Origin: Octopus vulgaris
Lineage: Eukaryota
Direction: 5' to 3'
DNA: 64,000 nucleotides
NCBI GenBank assembly: GCA_951406725.2
Contig: OX597817.1
Span: 113,026,001-113,090,000, forward strand
The position numbers and the translations under genes are program-made. A model generated the notes under the pieces. It saw only the letters and a list, made by a program, of their open reading frames with translations. It ran no database searches and was not told where the DNA came from. Numbering within the stretch: position 1 is the stretch's first letter; the number at the start of each line of letters is the position of its first letter. This document shows, piece by piece, positions 1 through 11,839 of the stretch.

Positions 1-560
1 AATATAGCTTGAGAGTTCTTTGATTTAAAAGATTACCATTTTTCACCTGATCATAACTATAGCAAGATATTAACCAGGAATTGTGTTAAGGTTAGCTATT
101 CAGAATTTCAGTTGTTAAGCTAAATGAAAAAGACAAACAGCTGGCCAATATCAATCATGTTACTTCAGAATTCAGGAGAATTGTCCATTTGATGGTAACT
201 GTTTCGCAAAGTTGATAATGTACTGTGCGGAATTAGAAACAAGCAACAGAGATGAACCTAAAAATATATATTGCAGCACCTGAATTGGCATTCAAAGATT
301 TATTGTTTTAAGCAGTAGATGAAAGTGCACTATAGCATTGTTGAAATTTATATGGTTCTTAAGTTTTCAAGGATTTCAAAATTACCTGATCAATTGTAGA
401 TAAGGTGCAACTCTACTGGAATGGCAGCTTCAAATCCAAAATGTGGTATGATATTTGTTTCAATGAAAAATTAAGAATTGCATTTCCACAAAGTTGGAGT
501 TTGAACAAAAGAACTGAATTATTATCGCCTTGTATCCATGAAGTTAGATATCTTTTGCAT
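1..560 (+). mobile_element. Degraded Penelope-like retroelement, RT-linker and GIY-YIG endonuclease region (cut by window edge)
   Basis: Hand translation across frameshifts gives HFSPDHNYSKILTRNCVKVSYS (~37-102), NCPFDGNCFAKLIMYCAEL (~179-236) and LNKRTELLSPCIH (~501-539). These match PLE motifs of the type HKIFNRNTVKxSYS, CPLxGxCL and LNKRSELxxxCRH. Confidence 0.8.
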
Positions 561-1396
561 AAGTACTAGCCTCTTTGACTTCTGACGTGGTTTGGAGAAA
601 AAATGTTGATAGTGTTTGTACAATATTGTAAATATATTCAAACAACAGTTAATTCAAAAGAAAACAGTTTGGGATTACAGGCTGAAAGAACAGAAACAAA
701 AAATGCTGATTACAAGCAATTATGAGCCTTTTCATTGCACTGAGTTCTATAATTTAACAGTTCTTGATGAATCAATAAGAAAATAAAACAATTAAAACAA
801 GATAGGCTTCCTCCATTCAAATTAGTGCCTTAAAATCTCAGTATACTAGCTACCTTGTTTATATCTGTCTCACCTGCCATGTGAGAATCTTTGATATTTT
901 GTAACACTTAACCCTAGGCTGCATAAAGATAATTTTATGTTTTATTTTTTATAATATCATTTAAATTCTCAATATTATTATGGTTAACAGCATACAAACA
1001 ATTGTAGCACATGATAAAGTAGATGGTTGAGGTTTATGATCATAAATACAAAATTAGTTTAGACACTCTATAAAAGCACAGTTTCAGCAGTTCTATGTGT
1101 GTGTGTGTCCGAGTGTTCGTCCATCCATTCATTTGAAAGGCTTCTGTATAGTTCCATCTCCCAAATTTCACCCACAAGTCTTTGGTCATCCTGTGGCAAT
1201 GGTAGAAAGCACTTGCTCAATGTTACTAAGAGAGAGAGACAACCTTAGAGTCACTTAACTGAAAGCCAAACTTCTTAACTACACTCTGAACAAGAAAACT
1301 AATCTGAAATAATTCTGTTATTATTTACTTTTTTAATACTTTTCTTTTTACTAGACACAAATCAAAATTTAGTAATGAAGAGGCTAGTTAGTTGGG

Positions 1397-2340
1397 ATAA
1401 CTCAGATAACTTAGATTGGTTTCAGCCGTTATTGGCCCAGGCCATAGCTAACTCAATAGCACCACCTGGAAAAGTCTTTTAACAGGACACCATGGACCAC
1501 TCAAGCAGAGAGTTGTTGTTGGCAGAGATGTATACAGGTGTAGGAATTTGTCCAGGTACTGTTTGAAATTGTGGAGTCTTTTTTTACTTTAATTTCTTTC
1601 GGGATAACATTGCAAAGAGCAGGACCATTTGCAGTGAAGAAATTGTGCCACAATGTTTTTATGTGATGTGATCTCAACCTTTGTAGGGGACACATTGCAC
1701 AGGGGCCTAGTTTTGGGTGAAACATAATACCACTATCATTTGGATATTGGTGGAATATTTTCCACATGGTGCAAATAATGCATCCTTTTGGCAGCATTGC
1801 AGAGAATAGAGTATCAGCTGTATAAGTGTAGCCCAATAATCAAGTCCCATCATGCCATTTTTTTTTTTATATTATTTTTTTAGTGATTGATCTTTGTGGT
1901 GTTTCAATCCTCATTATGTCTTGTTTTTCGTAGGGGGACCACAATGGGCAGCAGTATTCAAAGTGGGGGCCTAGCGAATGTGGAGAAGGATGATAGTTTC
2001 ATGATCTCTAGATTGAAAAGTTCTGAGGATCCATGAGCACATTCCGTAGGCAACATTGTTTTTTTTGTTGATGTGCACACTCCAGCTATGGTTGCTGTTG
2101 ACAGTTACATCTAAGTCTCTGATATTATCCGATGGTTCAAGTAGGTCTCCCGACGGTAGTGTATGTGGTTGTTTGAGTGTGCCCTGTTTTCCAAAGTGGA
2201 TGAGCTCAAATTTTTATTCATTCAGCTGCATGTTGTTTTGTTTTGTTTTTTTGTGCTCCTTTAATGACTTTCTGAAGTTTAGTCATCTGCAAATATTTTA
2301 ATGGTGCTATGTTCAATGGAATCTGCAATGTCATTACATT
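1397..2340 (-). mobile_element. 5'-truncated CR1/L2-like LINE, RT C-terminal half and 3' end
   Basis: Minus strand: IFADD RT motif (~2283-2297), WILRTFQSRD, FEYCCPLWSPY (~1930-1962). ORF 1501-1836 contains MWKI...FTANGPALCNVIPKEIK. A short tandem tail lies near 1397-1418. Confidence 0.85.
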
Positions 2341-2344
2341 GCCT

Positions 2345-2512
2345 ATGGATTTGCTAGAAATAGCAGTCAACTCTCTTTCAAATCACACCCTGTCATCTTT
2401 AAAATGGAATACATTAGATAATGTAATCCTAGACACTTAAAAAAAGGGGGGAATGCCTCCATTCATAGGTCTACTTGATGAGGATTGACTTGGGGCTAAT
2501 CAGTAGCAACAA
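2345..2512 (+). repeat. Interspersed repeat, unclassified; related copies at ~2770-2975 and ~43705-43915
   Basis: Shared blocks approximating ttgctagaaatagcag...caaatcacacc...acatt(a/g)gataatgta.tcctagat...ggggcta in three places. Confidence 0.65.
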
Positions 2513-5500
2513 TGTAAACTTGATTTGGAAAAAATGCATCTGAAGTGAACTGAAATTAATTATTAAAGCATTTATGACAAGTTTTTGTTGAAAATTGTTC
2601 ATTATTTTATATTATCTGAAAAGGCTGTAAGTATTAGAAATTGTAAAACACTAGGCTAAAATACATTGTAATATCTACTTAGTTATACTGCTTAACTTTC
2701 AGAGTTCAAATCATGCTGTGCTTGAATTTGCCTTTTATATCCATGGATCAATAAGATGAAGCCAACAAGGGGACCTTTAAATAGTTGTTTGACTTGCTAG
2801 AGTTAGTTTTTAAACCTTTCCTTGATTCACACACAAGTATTTTTACAAAAAGAAGGGCGTATTAGATAAAGTAGTTCTAGATAAACTGAAAAAAGAAAGG
2901 GATAGCTACAGATGGAACGTCCTTGGTCATAGGTTTGCTTTCTCAGAGTCAACCTGAGGGTTATACATTAACATTAACACAGGATCAAGTACCAGTAATA
3001 TACCAGGAGAAAATTGAATCAATTTTGCATTCTACTCCAAAGTTAGAAATCCTTGTTATACATTCTTTTGATTATGTACGTGTTCTGAAGATATATCATT
3101 AAATATTAATTATTAAGCAAACAGTGAACACCTTAAGTAAGTACAACGTCTATGAAGATTAATTTAAACTCAGTTAGCTCAATGTTAGTATTAGTAATTG
3201 CTTTCGTTGCTGATTCAAATGATAGTACATCAATTGATATAGAGGCCTGGCACAATAATGACATATTCCTTCAATTGCTAGCATAGATTTTGGAGATATT
3301 TTTATAGAGACTGCTGCAATGTTCTGTCCTCTGCAACAACCAAATATTTAATGAGATTATCAGAGAAAATATCACCCACGTCAATGTCACTGTTACTCTA
3401 ATCTCTCACGAACAGCTACATTGTTAAATGTGAGTAATGAATGATTTATTTCATAAATGTGCACACAGACACATGCATATAAATACCATTTATTTCTGTT
3501 TACTTTTTCTTCTTTTCATTAACTTTCTGTGTATCTTGAAATATAAATTTCCACTTATTTGAAGTGTTATAATTATATATCTACCTACACATGCATGCAG
3601 GCCACACACACATATGTACATACACATAATTCTATTATGCATCTATATATACATGGTAAGAATTCTGCATTAGCTTTGGCAACATCACACTTTAAATTGG
3701 TAGAGTTCTATTTGTATCTTTCTTGGTCTCTGTGATAGCCTGCTTAGGTCACATTCCTATCTCACAGAAAACATAAAAATAAGATAAACAGCTCATGGAA
3801 GATGAGGTTTCCAGCATTCTTATAACTGAAATTATTGAATGAAAGATCTATTTTTATCATATCTTTTGGAGAAGCATCTTCAATGCTGACTTCATAAAAA
3901 TGGTCAATGTGATTGGAAGATTAAATTATACACTTGTTATGTCAGCTCATAGAATTTCTAGATGTAATTGACTGACTCAGTTTTGCTGATATATAATGCA
4001 CAGGCAGACAAACAGACTGAGTGACACTCAAATATTATCAAAATACCTATATTTTTTCTTTATTGCTTATGCCAATGTATTAGCTTGTCTTGTAATCAAA
4101 TTTTATTGATTAATTCAAATTACTGATTAAAGAATTTCAATCTTAATTACCTATGTAGAATATATCTGTAAATGTTGAGTATTTTATTATTGGTCTAACT
4201 GTCTATTTTTGAGTGAATTTCTGATAATGAGGTTGAAAATTACCTATATAAAATTACTAGCTTATTGATTTTTTTACTAAAATGTGAAGTATTTTTAGTG
4301 AGAACTCACTGAAAGATAACATTTCTTGTCTATATTATGGCTTTCCTTCCGTGCCACAGCATGAAGTTGGAACAAATTAATATTTTGGAGCAACAAATAG
4401 GAAATGCTAAGTCTGGCTATGATTTTGGTTAAATTTTAGAATTGTATTGATGTAGATATCTTCTGAAGTTCATTTAGTTAAGTAGATTGCTTTATAATTT
4501 TTTTACTCTCTTTTTTATTTTATCTTTATAATTTGCAAATGAATTTATTTTATTTCTTTTGTCAGCCTTTGTGAAGAGAAGTGAAAAAAAGTAAAATTCT
4601 GCTAAACACAGAGTATGAATTGATGGGGGCAGATAAGATAAAGTTAATTGCTCCTTCCCCCACTACCAACTGAAAAGTTTCTGTAGCTTATAATATGAGG
4701 GGGAAAATAACAGATTTATAAAAAGCACATCAAAAGCAGTATAACTGGCAGGCTGTCTCATTATTGTGGATTCATTACATGTTAGGGACTACTGGTTTAC
4801 AAGACATTAGAAAGGCTACTTAGAGCAGAACTATTTGTAATAAGCACTGATAATGTGTCATTAATGAGGTACTAGCAGACTGAGTGTTAAAACACTCCTT
4901 GAGTTAAGTGCAACACTTATTCAATTTAGAGATTTTTTTATACCTTTTTTATCCATTTACACAGTATATTTTATAACAGACATAAATCTATCTGTATAAC
5001 TAAACCACCCTTATGAATAAAAGTATCTAACTGATGGCTGAGTTGTAGAGTAAATCAAGGCAACGTATAACAATACAGGTAAAAAAAATCAATGATTTTT
5101 CTAGTGTAGTCACCACCTTTATATTGATGACCCATTAGTAACTTCGCTGGTTTTTATGATTTTAGTTTTACCACTGAAAAGAAAAGATTGTTAGGTTTAT
5201 ATTAATGAATTTCTGCACCTGATTTGATTCTTTCTTTTCCTTTTTTTAATTGGTTCCTTTTCTTTAACATTGAGCACTTTTGTATCATAAATTGTTTATC
5301 AATATCATTTTCTTTTTTTTTTTTTCGCCTATCGTTTATGTATGTCCTGTACCACGAGTGTATAATCACTATTTCTGCTTTCATTTGCTTTTTTTAGCTG
5401 GGGAGGGAGAGTGCCTCATGAAGCATAATGGTTGGAAAGTTAAGTTGCTGTGCTGGCTGCAATATCATAAATCTTAATTTCCTCTCAGTGATGTGCCTAA

Positions 5501-8500
5501 TTTCACTTTTACTTTGTAGATGAGTGGTTAATGGTAAAAAGAACAAATACCTTTAAAAATTATTGTTCTAACCCTAGCATTTCAGCCACACCAATGTGGA
5601 AATCAGTTATGTTTTAAACCAGTTATCCTTAAGCTTTCTAAGAGAATTATATCTGGCTAACTTGATACAGTTCATATCTACAATTCATTGTACATATAGA
5701 GTTTGCTTTGTATACCTATAAGAAACAATTAGTTTAAGACCTGACTCAATCCATGTTGCTGTTGTTGTTGTAAATAGGTAATAAAGACATCTTGGAATAC
5801 TCTTTCCTATGGCTCTTTCCATGTGGGTTACTTCAAATACATTTTCCTACTAAATGTGACATGCAGTAACTATAATTAATGTATATATTGTTAATTACAA
5901 GATAAAATCTTCTCATAGGTTGGCCCAGAAAAAGGCAATTTGGAAACAAGTCTAATGTATGATTAAATGTCTAAATCTCTTAGATGAATTGCTGCTAATA
6001 AGATTATAATCTTATCAATCCAATTTATTTTTCTCTGAATCACTATTTAAAGATCTAAGTGTTCAGCGATGCTCTCCTGATCCAGTGGGTTACATGGTGA
6101 TACTTTCACAATGCTCAATCTTACAATGATTTAGACATCCAATTTGCTCTATTTAATTAAGAAAATACACGTAGCATAATGACACAGTAAAACAAGAGCT
6201 TTGTATTTAACACCTGTACCATTATTACTTCTTTGTCAGATATGAATAAATAAAGAAAGAAAGAAAGAAAAATAGCAAAATTTGAAGCCCAAGTGTATTT
6301 TTCTAATTCTTTGAGAGAAACCTAAGCAAAGAAATGATAAATATTATTTCTGAGAGCAAATGTTTTATGTACTGGGAATATTGTAAACAGTTTTCAAAGT
6401 ACAGAAATTACATAAAAAGTATGATAATGTGCCGTTTTATGTGTTAGTCACTCAAACGTTACATAATATTCTGACTTAGAAATGGTATTTGTTGCCTTGT
6501 TGCCCTCAGAAACTGTTTCCTTATATTTACTAATTCACTGTGTCCGTGTTCTTGGCAGATTAAGACTACACTTTATTGTCTACATAGTTCACAGGGCAAA
6601 GTCTTCTGTCAGCATGATTCTTCCTTGGCATGTCTCTAACATTGAATAACCCACTTTTAAAGACTTATATGAATACATGTGTGCATGCAGACACATACAC
6701 ACACACTTACATGCACACCTATTAGTTAATCATATATCAATGTGTTTCCATAGATAAGCATGGTTGTCCCTGTAACATCTTGCCAAAACATAAAAAAAAG
6801 CAGAGAGAGAGAGCAGTCACTTGTCAGTTAACTAACTCATCTGTTTATATATCTGAAATACTATTGAGAATGACTACTGCAATAGTTTTATTTTCAAACA
6901 AAGTGAATTTGTTTGTTAGATATTCCTTTAACTGTCACACCACTGTTGATTTGCGCTAACTAAACTGTCATACAAGCTTCCTTTTTACTTCATCAAAAAT
7001 TCTCTTGTACCTATCAGACTTTTCAGTTTAGTACTGCAGAACATTCTCCTTGTCATTCGTTTCTCATATCCTGTTCTCCTCTCTCAAATTCACAAAATTC
7101 CTTTATATCTGAACACACTAGCCTATTTACAGATTTTACATTTACTCTCATCTTATAATCACTCCCTTTACTCTGTGGCACCAGTTTATTTCACAGTGCT
7201 TTATATGTGTGAGAAACTGAATCCACACTCCCTCTCTTTCCTTTCCCTCTCATTGTGTGTGCGTATATATGTATAAGCATGCATGTGTATTGCAAGAGAG
7301 TGTGTGGTGTGTGCATACATATGTATTAGTATGTGCTTGCATATGTGCTTTATATATATATATGTATGTGTCATTTAGACAGGGCTTTTACTCAATTGGT
7401 AGGAAATCAGAATCCCCAAGACTTTCGGATCCTAATTTTAAGTTTGAATACTGATGACTAAAATAAAATGCTTACAGTTGGGTGGGGATGACATAATTAT
7501 TTGGAGTAAATGATCATATTGCATGTGAGATGAATGTACAAAGTATGCCTATGCATTGAGAAAAAACAACTAAAGGCTTTCAATATGTGCAATAATTGTA
7601 AATTGAAAAATTGCTATATGTGATTTACCTTCATATTTTAATGATTTCCACCACTTGTCAACTTAATGATAGCTGATCAACCAACCAACCAACTATTGCA
7701 TGCTATACACTTTATATTACCTTCAACTGAATCCCCTTAGGGCCTTTGGTTGTGTGCATATTGATTGGAGTGGTACAACTGAGATGATGTAGGATATTAT
7801 TGTTGGCTTTCAATGTTGGTGTTTCAAATGTTTCAGATGTTTCTCATTACTCAGCATCATATCAAAGACAGGTTTATCTTTCATCTGCTTAATGCTATGA
7901 CAAATGAAGATGAATGCAGTTCCTTAAAGCTTCCTTGGATCTGCAAGAAGAACTGGCAGTTATGTTATCACACTGGACAATGTGCTCAACTGCATTTCTG
8001 CCGGCTCTTTACATTCTGAGTTTAAATGTCGCTGAGATCAACTCTGCCTTTTGGGATCACTAAAACAAATATCAGTTGAGCACTGGAGTCAATGTAATCA
8101 ACTTCACTTTCCCTTAAAAAAATTGCGGATCTAATGCTAAAATTAGAAATATTTTTACCTGCTTTCTCTAATAGTCACAGCATATGAAGACAAGTAAAGC
8201 AAATAACTAAACACAATCCAGAACTTTCTAAAATCAAACAAATAACTCAGCCACTTTTACTGTTAAAGACGTAACATTTTTACCCAGCTATTGCTTCACT
8301 ATCCATTCACTCACAATCTGTGTGGATTGCTTTGTTTACTGCATTTGATGTACAGTGAACTTAAATACATAAATAAATATGTTTTGCGTAATTATTGTTT
8401 TAGTTTCTACTGATTTATTTTCTATAAATTCAGTAAATGTAAGTGCTAAATTACTATGATCACTCATCTGACTTTGATGTTTAAAGAATAGAAAATCAAT

Positions 8501-9143
8501 CACCCTATGCTCAGAGCTAAAGAAAATAAATGCTAACTGGTAATAAATCAGGTTTTTGCTATCATTTGCTCTTCTTCAATATACCACTTCTTAATGATTG
8601 ATGGACAACAGGCTAGCATCATGAAATAAAATTTATTAAAGATATGGATTATTTAAGGTAGATTCTTTTGGTTTATGTAAACATTTATTTAAGAAGAAGG
8701 AATGTTTAAGTCTCAAATACTGAAGTAAAATCTTTGAAGTATTTTTTAACATTGACACAAAACCAAATGTTAGTGGTTGGATTGTAATCCATGTAATAAA
8801 AACCTGTACAGGACTAATACTTCTTTTATTGACCTCAAGAAAGTGAAAGGCAAAATCGACCCGTGCCTGTTTTGAACTCAATATGTAAAGGAAAGAACAT
8901 AACAAAACAGTTCAATAAAAACATTGCTTTGCAATATTTGCACTGGCTCCTTACTCCTTGAGTTCAAATCCCATCATGAATGACTTTGCCGTTCATTTTT
9001 CATTTATCAATAAAATAAAATAAAATACCAGTCCAGTACTGAGGTTAAGGGAATCAATTAAACCTTTTCCCTCAAAACTGCTGGCTTTCTGCCTAAATTA
9101 AAATCCATTTTACTGCTTTTGCCTCTCTTCAGCTTTAATAATA

Positions 9144-9175
<32 letters not shown>

Positions 9176-9179
<4 letters not shown>

Positions 9180-9804
9180 GCAAGTAATTAGAAAATGGAG
9201 AAAACCGCAGATTAACAAACACATCGGTTGGACCACATTTATAACTTATTTTTTAATACAAAACATGACATAACACAATAGATGATGCAACATATCTTTC
9301 AGCTGTTTCTGATCGGTTACCAAAATGGTGTCTATAAATAAGTGTGTGAATAAAGTTCTTCATCTTCATAGGGCATACAAATTAAGGCAACAGAGCTTCA
9401 TTAGAGTAAAAAACAAGAGCATACAATATAAACAAAGGGAAGAAGGAAAAGGAAAGAAAACATGGCCTAGACAAATAGTCTAGAAGCCCAATATGTTAAG
9501 AGCATATAAAGGGACTACAGAGCCCATAGGTAAAAGAGTGAGCTAGTAATTGTGTAGGTAATACTACAGTTTATTAACAAATAGGTGCAATTTGAAGGGG
9601 GTGGTCAAGATGTTTAAAAAAGAAGTTATCAAGGAACTATCATCATCATCATCATCAACGTTTAGCGTCCGTTTTCCATGCTAGCATGGGGAAAATACTA
9701 ACATGATTACCAAAGGGTGGTACCTATGCTGATGGAGTAAACTCAAGTAAAAGTAAACAATTATCACAGGGCGCTTAAGAAAAATTTACTCACAGAAATT
9801 AATA

Positions 9805-9808
<4 letters not shown>
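9176..9808 (-). mobile_element. Composite insertion between two (TA)n runs, probably a PLE terminal-repeat fragment with a short RTE-tail piece (9639-9690)
   Basis: Flanked by (TA)n at ~9147-9175 and ~9808-9858. Minus strand reads TGAAGA...GAAA-CAGCTG-AA (9373-9294), resembling a decayed hammerhead. The segment catcatc...gttttccatgctagcatggg matches the RTE tail. Confidence 0.4.
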
Positions 9809-9858
<50 letters not shown>

Positions 9859-9860
<2 letters not shown>

Positions 9861-10620
9861 AGGTGCAGTGAATAAATTGTCATCTAAATTATGCAAAAAG
9901 TGAAAATAACACTGACATCTCATTTTAATAGATATATTTACTAAAATAACATAAAAATATCTTGAAATACTAAAGGGTAAATTTATTCAATAAAATCGCC
10001 ATTGGCTTCAACCACGGCCTCCAGGCAACTTCAGAATCTCCTGCAACTCTTCTGGACAGTTTCCTTGTTTAAGCTGATGACTGCTGACATAATCCTTGCC
10101 TTCAGTTCATCTTTGGGGTTACAAGGAGTTTTGTTTGGTCTCTCACTCAACTGCACCCCACACATAATAATCAAGGGGATTGCAACCTGGGGAATTAGTT
10201 AGCCAGATATTAGGCGTGATGTGGTTACATCAATTGTCTGAGAGCCATGACTGGGTTCTCCTATGTTCCTGGCAATGGACCTGGAGGGATCGTTGTCAAT
10301 CATGGCCTGGATCTCACAAACAAATTCAGGAGTTTTTTTCTCAGAATAATCAGAGTGAGTTTTCCGAGCTGCTGTATCTTTGTAATCACCATTAGACTCA
10401 TCCAACTCTTTCTGAATCCTCTGCACTATCCTCAGATTGATACCCAAACACTCTGAAATATTCATATTGGAGCTTCCGGTGTGAATGCCAAGCAGTACAG
10501 CTTGTCATTTCCAAATTTCTGTCAGAGTGAATTTCATCATGGTGCTGTTTTTCTCACAGTTGGCACCTAACTAACCCTACTATCAAAATCAAAAACTATC
10601 AATGTGCATGCATGAAAAAT
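9859..10620 (-). mobile_element. Internally deleted maT/DD37D-like Tc1/mariner element
   Basis: Begins TA|CAAGGTGCAGTG after (TA)n. Minus strand WLTNSPGCNPLDYYVWGAVE (10206-10147) resembles WPPNSPDxNPLDY. ORF 10199-10465 has an HTH-like ISECLGINLRIVQRI. The other end is replaced by a SINE tail. Confidence 0.8.
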
Positions 10621-10735
10621 AAGTACTAGGTTACAGTAAATTATGTCCTAGGGTTCATTTGTTCAACTAAAACCCTTCGAGGTGGTGCCCCAGCATGGCC
10701 GCAATCAAATGACTGAAACGAGTAAAAGATAAAAA
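10621..10735 (+). mobile_element. SINE 3' module (ggtgccccagcatggcc...tgactgaaac.agtaaaag); other copies at ~20400-20576, 21180-21230, 28390-28598, 42185-42335, 57990-58190, 61535-61730 (+) and ~18485-18535, 23430-23478, 42765-42810, 57620-57810 (-)
   Basis: The same terminal block recurs more than 10 times in both orientations. Confidence 0.85.
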
Positions 10736-11461
10736 ATGAAAGAATAATAATAATAATCTCTATATAGTAATAACTGATATAAATGTTGGTAGGTTGATTT
10801 CTCCCATCATGCTTTACATTATATAGAGAGAGGAGCAGAGAGACTAAAAGAGAGATATAGACCGAGTTGACATAAGAGATGCAGAATGTATGCAAATGAT
10901 AGATTTATCAGCAGACAATGAGTAAAGGAATACTACACACACGCACACAGAGAGAGAAAGAACCATAGAGACAGAAAGAATTATGGAAAGAATTCAAATT
11001 TTGCAAAAATAGGTTTTCAATGGAGTAGATTGCAATTGTGTTGACAAAATTTTAAAAAATAATTACATGTCTTCATTGTAAATATACAAATCAGAAATGT
11101 GTTTTACTTGATTTCATTTTAAAGTAATAAATATATTTTTCTTTTGAAAATTAGTATTTATTTCATCATTTTGTATAAACACCAAGAAATTCAGTAAAAG
11201 TTAAATCATAATCATTTTATTTGTGCCTTATTTCCTTAATATTACTCATAGTGGCAAAAATATACTTCCAGAGTTACCTTCGTATGAGAGGTAACATGCT
11301 AGTAATAATGATAATCCTTTCAGCTATAGGAACAAAGTCTGAAATTTTGTGTGAAGAGGCTAGTCCTTTATATCGAACCCCAATGCTCAACTGGTATTTT
11401 ATTGATACAAAACGTGAAGTTGACTTTGGTGGGATTTGAGTTCATCAGGTAATAATAATAA

Positions 11462-11680
11462 TGGTTTGAAATTTTAACAAAAGGCCAGTAATTATTGGGT
11501 TAGGGGGTCAGTCAATTACATCAACCCTGGTGCTTGACTGGTATTTATTTTATCAACCCCAAAAGGATGAAAGGCAAAGTCGACCTCAGCAAAAGTTGAA
11601 AGAAGAACATAATGATGGATGAAAGACTGCTAAGTATTTTGTTGGTGCACTAATGATTCTGTCAGATTACTGCTTACAGT
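11462..11680 (-). mobile_element. SINE of the gagttcaaat...gactttgcctttcatcc family; other copies at ~2695-2760, 8005-8150, 8955-9105, 16515-16672, 26510-26715 (+) and ~11315-11445, 19000-19115 (-)
   Basis: Recurrent B-box-like GAGTTCAAAT followed by a shared body ending ...aaaatttaaaacc. Confidence 0.75.
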
Positions 11681-11741
11681 TACTAATAATAATAACAATA
11701 ATAACAATACTAAATATTGTGCTTTTTTTTTTTCTCATTAG

Positions 11742-11839
11742 GATATGTAGATTACCCTTTTATGAACCTCCACAGTTAACTTACAAGGCTTTCCTTGTTT
11801 CTGCAGTATTAAGAATATGATAGAAGAATCACTCCATGA
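11742..11839 (+). other. Candidate spliced exon, non-coding at 98 nt or a 33 nt in-frame microexon from 11807
   Basis: T-rich acceptor ...ctcattag| at 11741, second acceptor ttccttgtttctgcag| at 11806, donor GA|GTAAGT at 11840. The 11807-11839 form is open in one frame (IKNMIEESLH). Confidence 0.3.

Noticed and set aside
3308-3429. Exon-like segment ending at GTGAGT
   Set aside because: Stops occur in all three frames and the acceptor is weak, so it cannot be supported.
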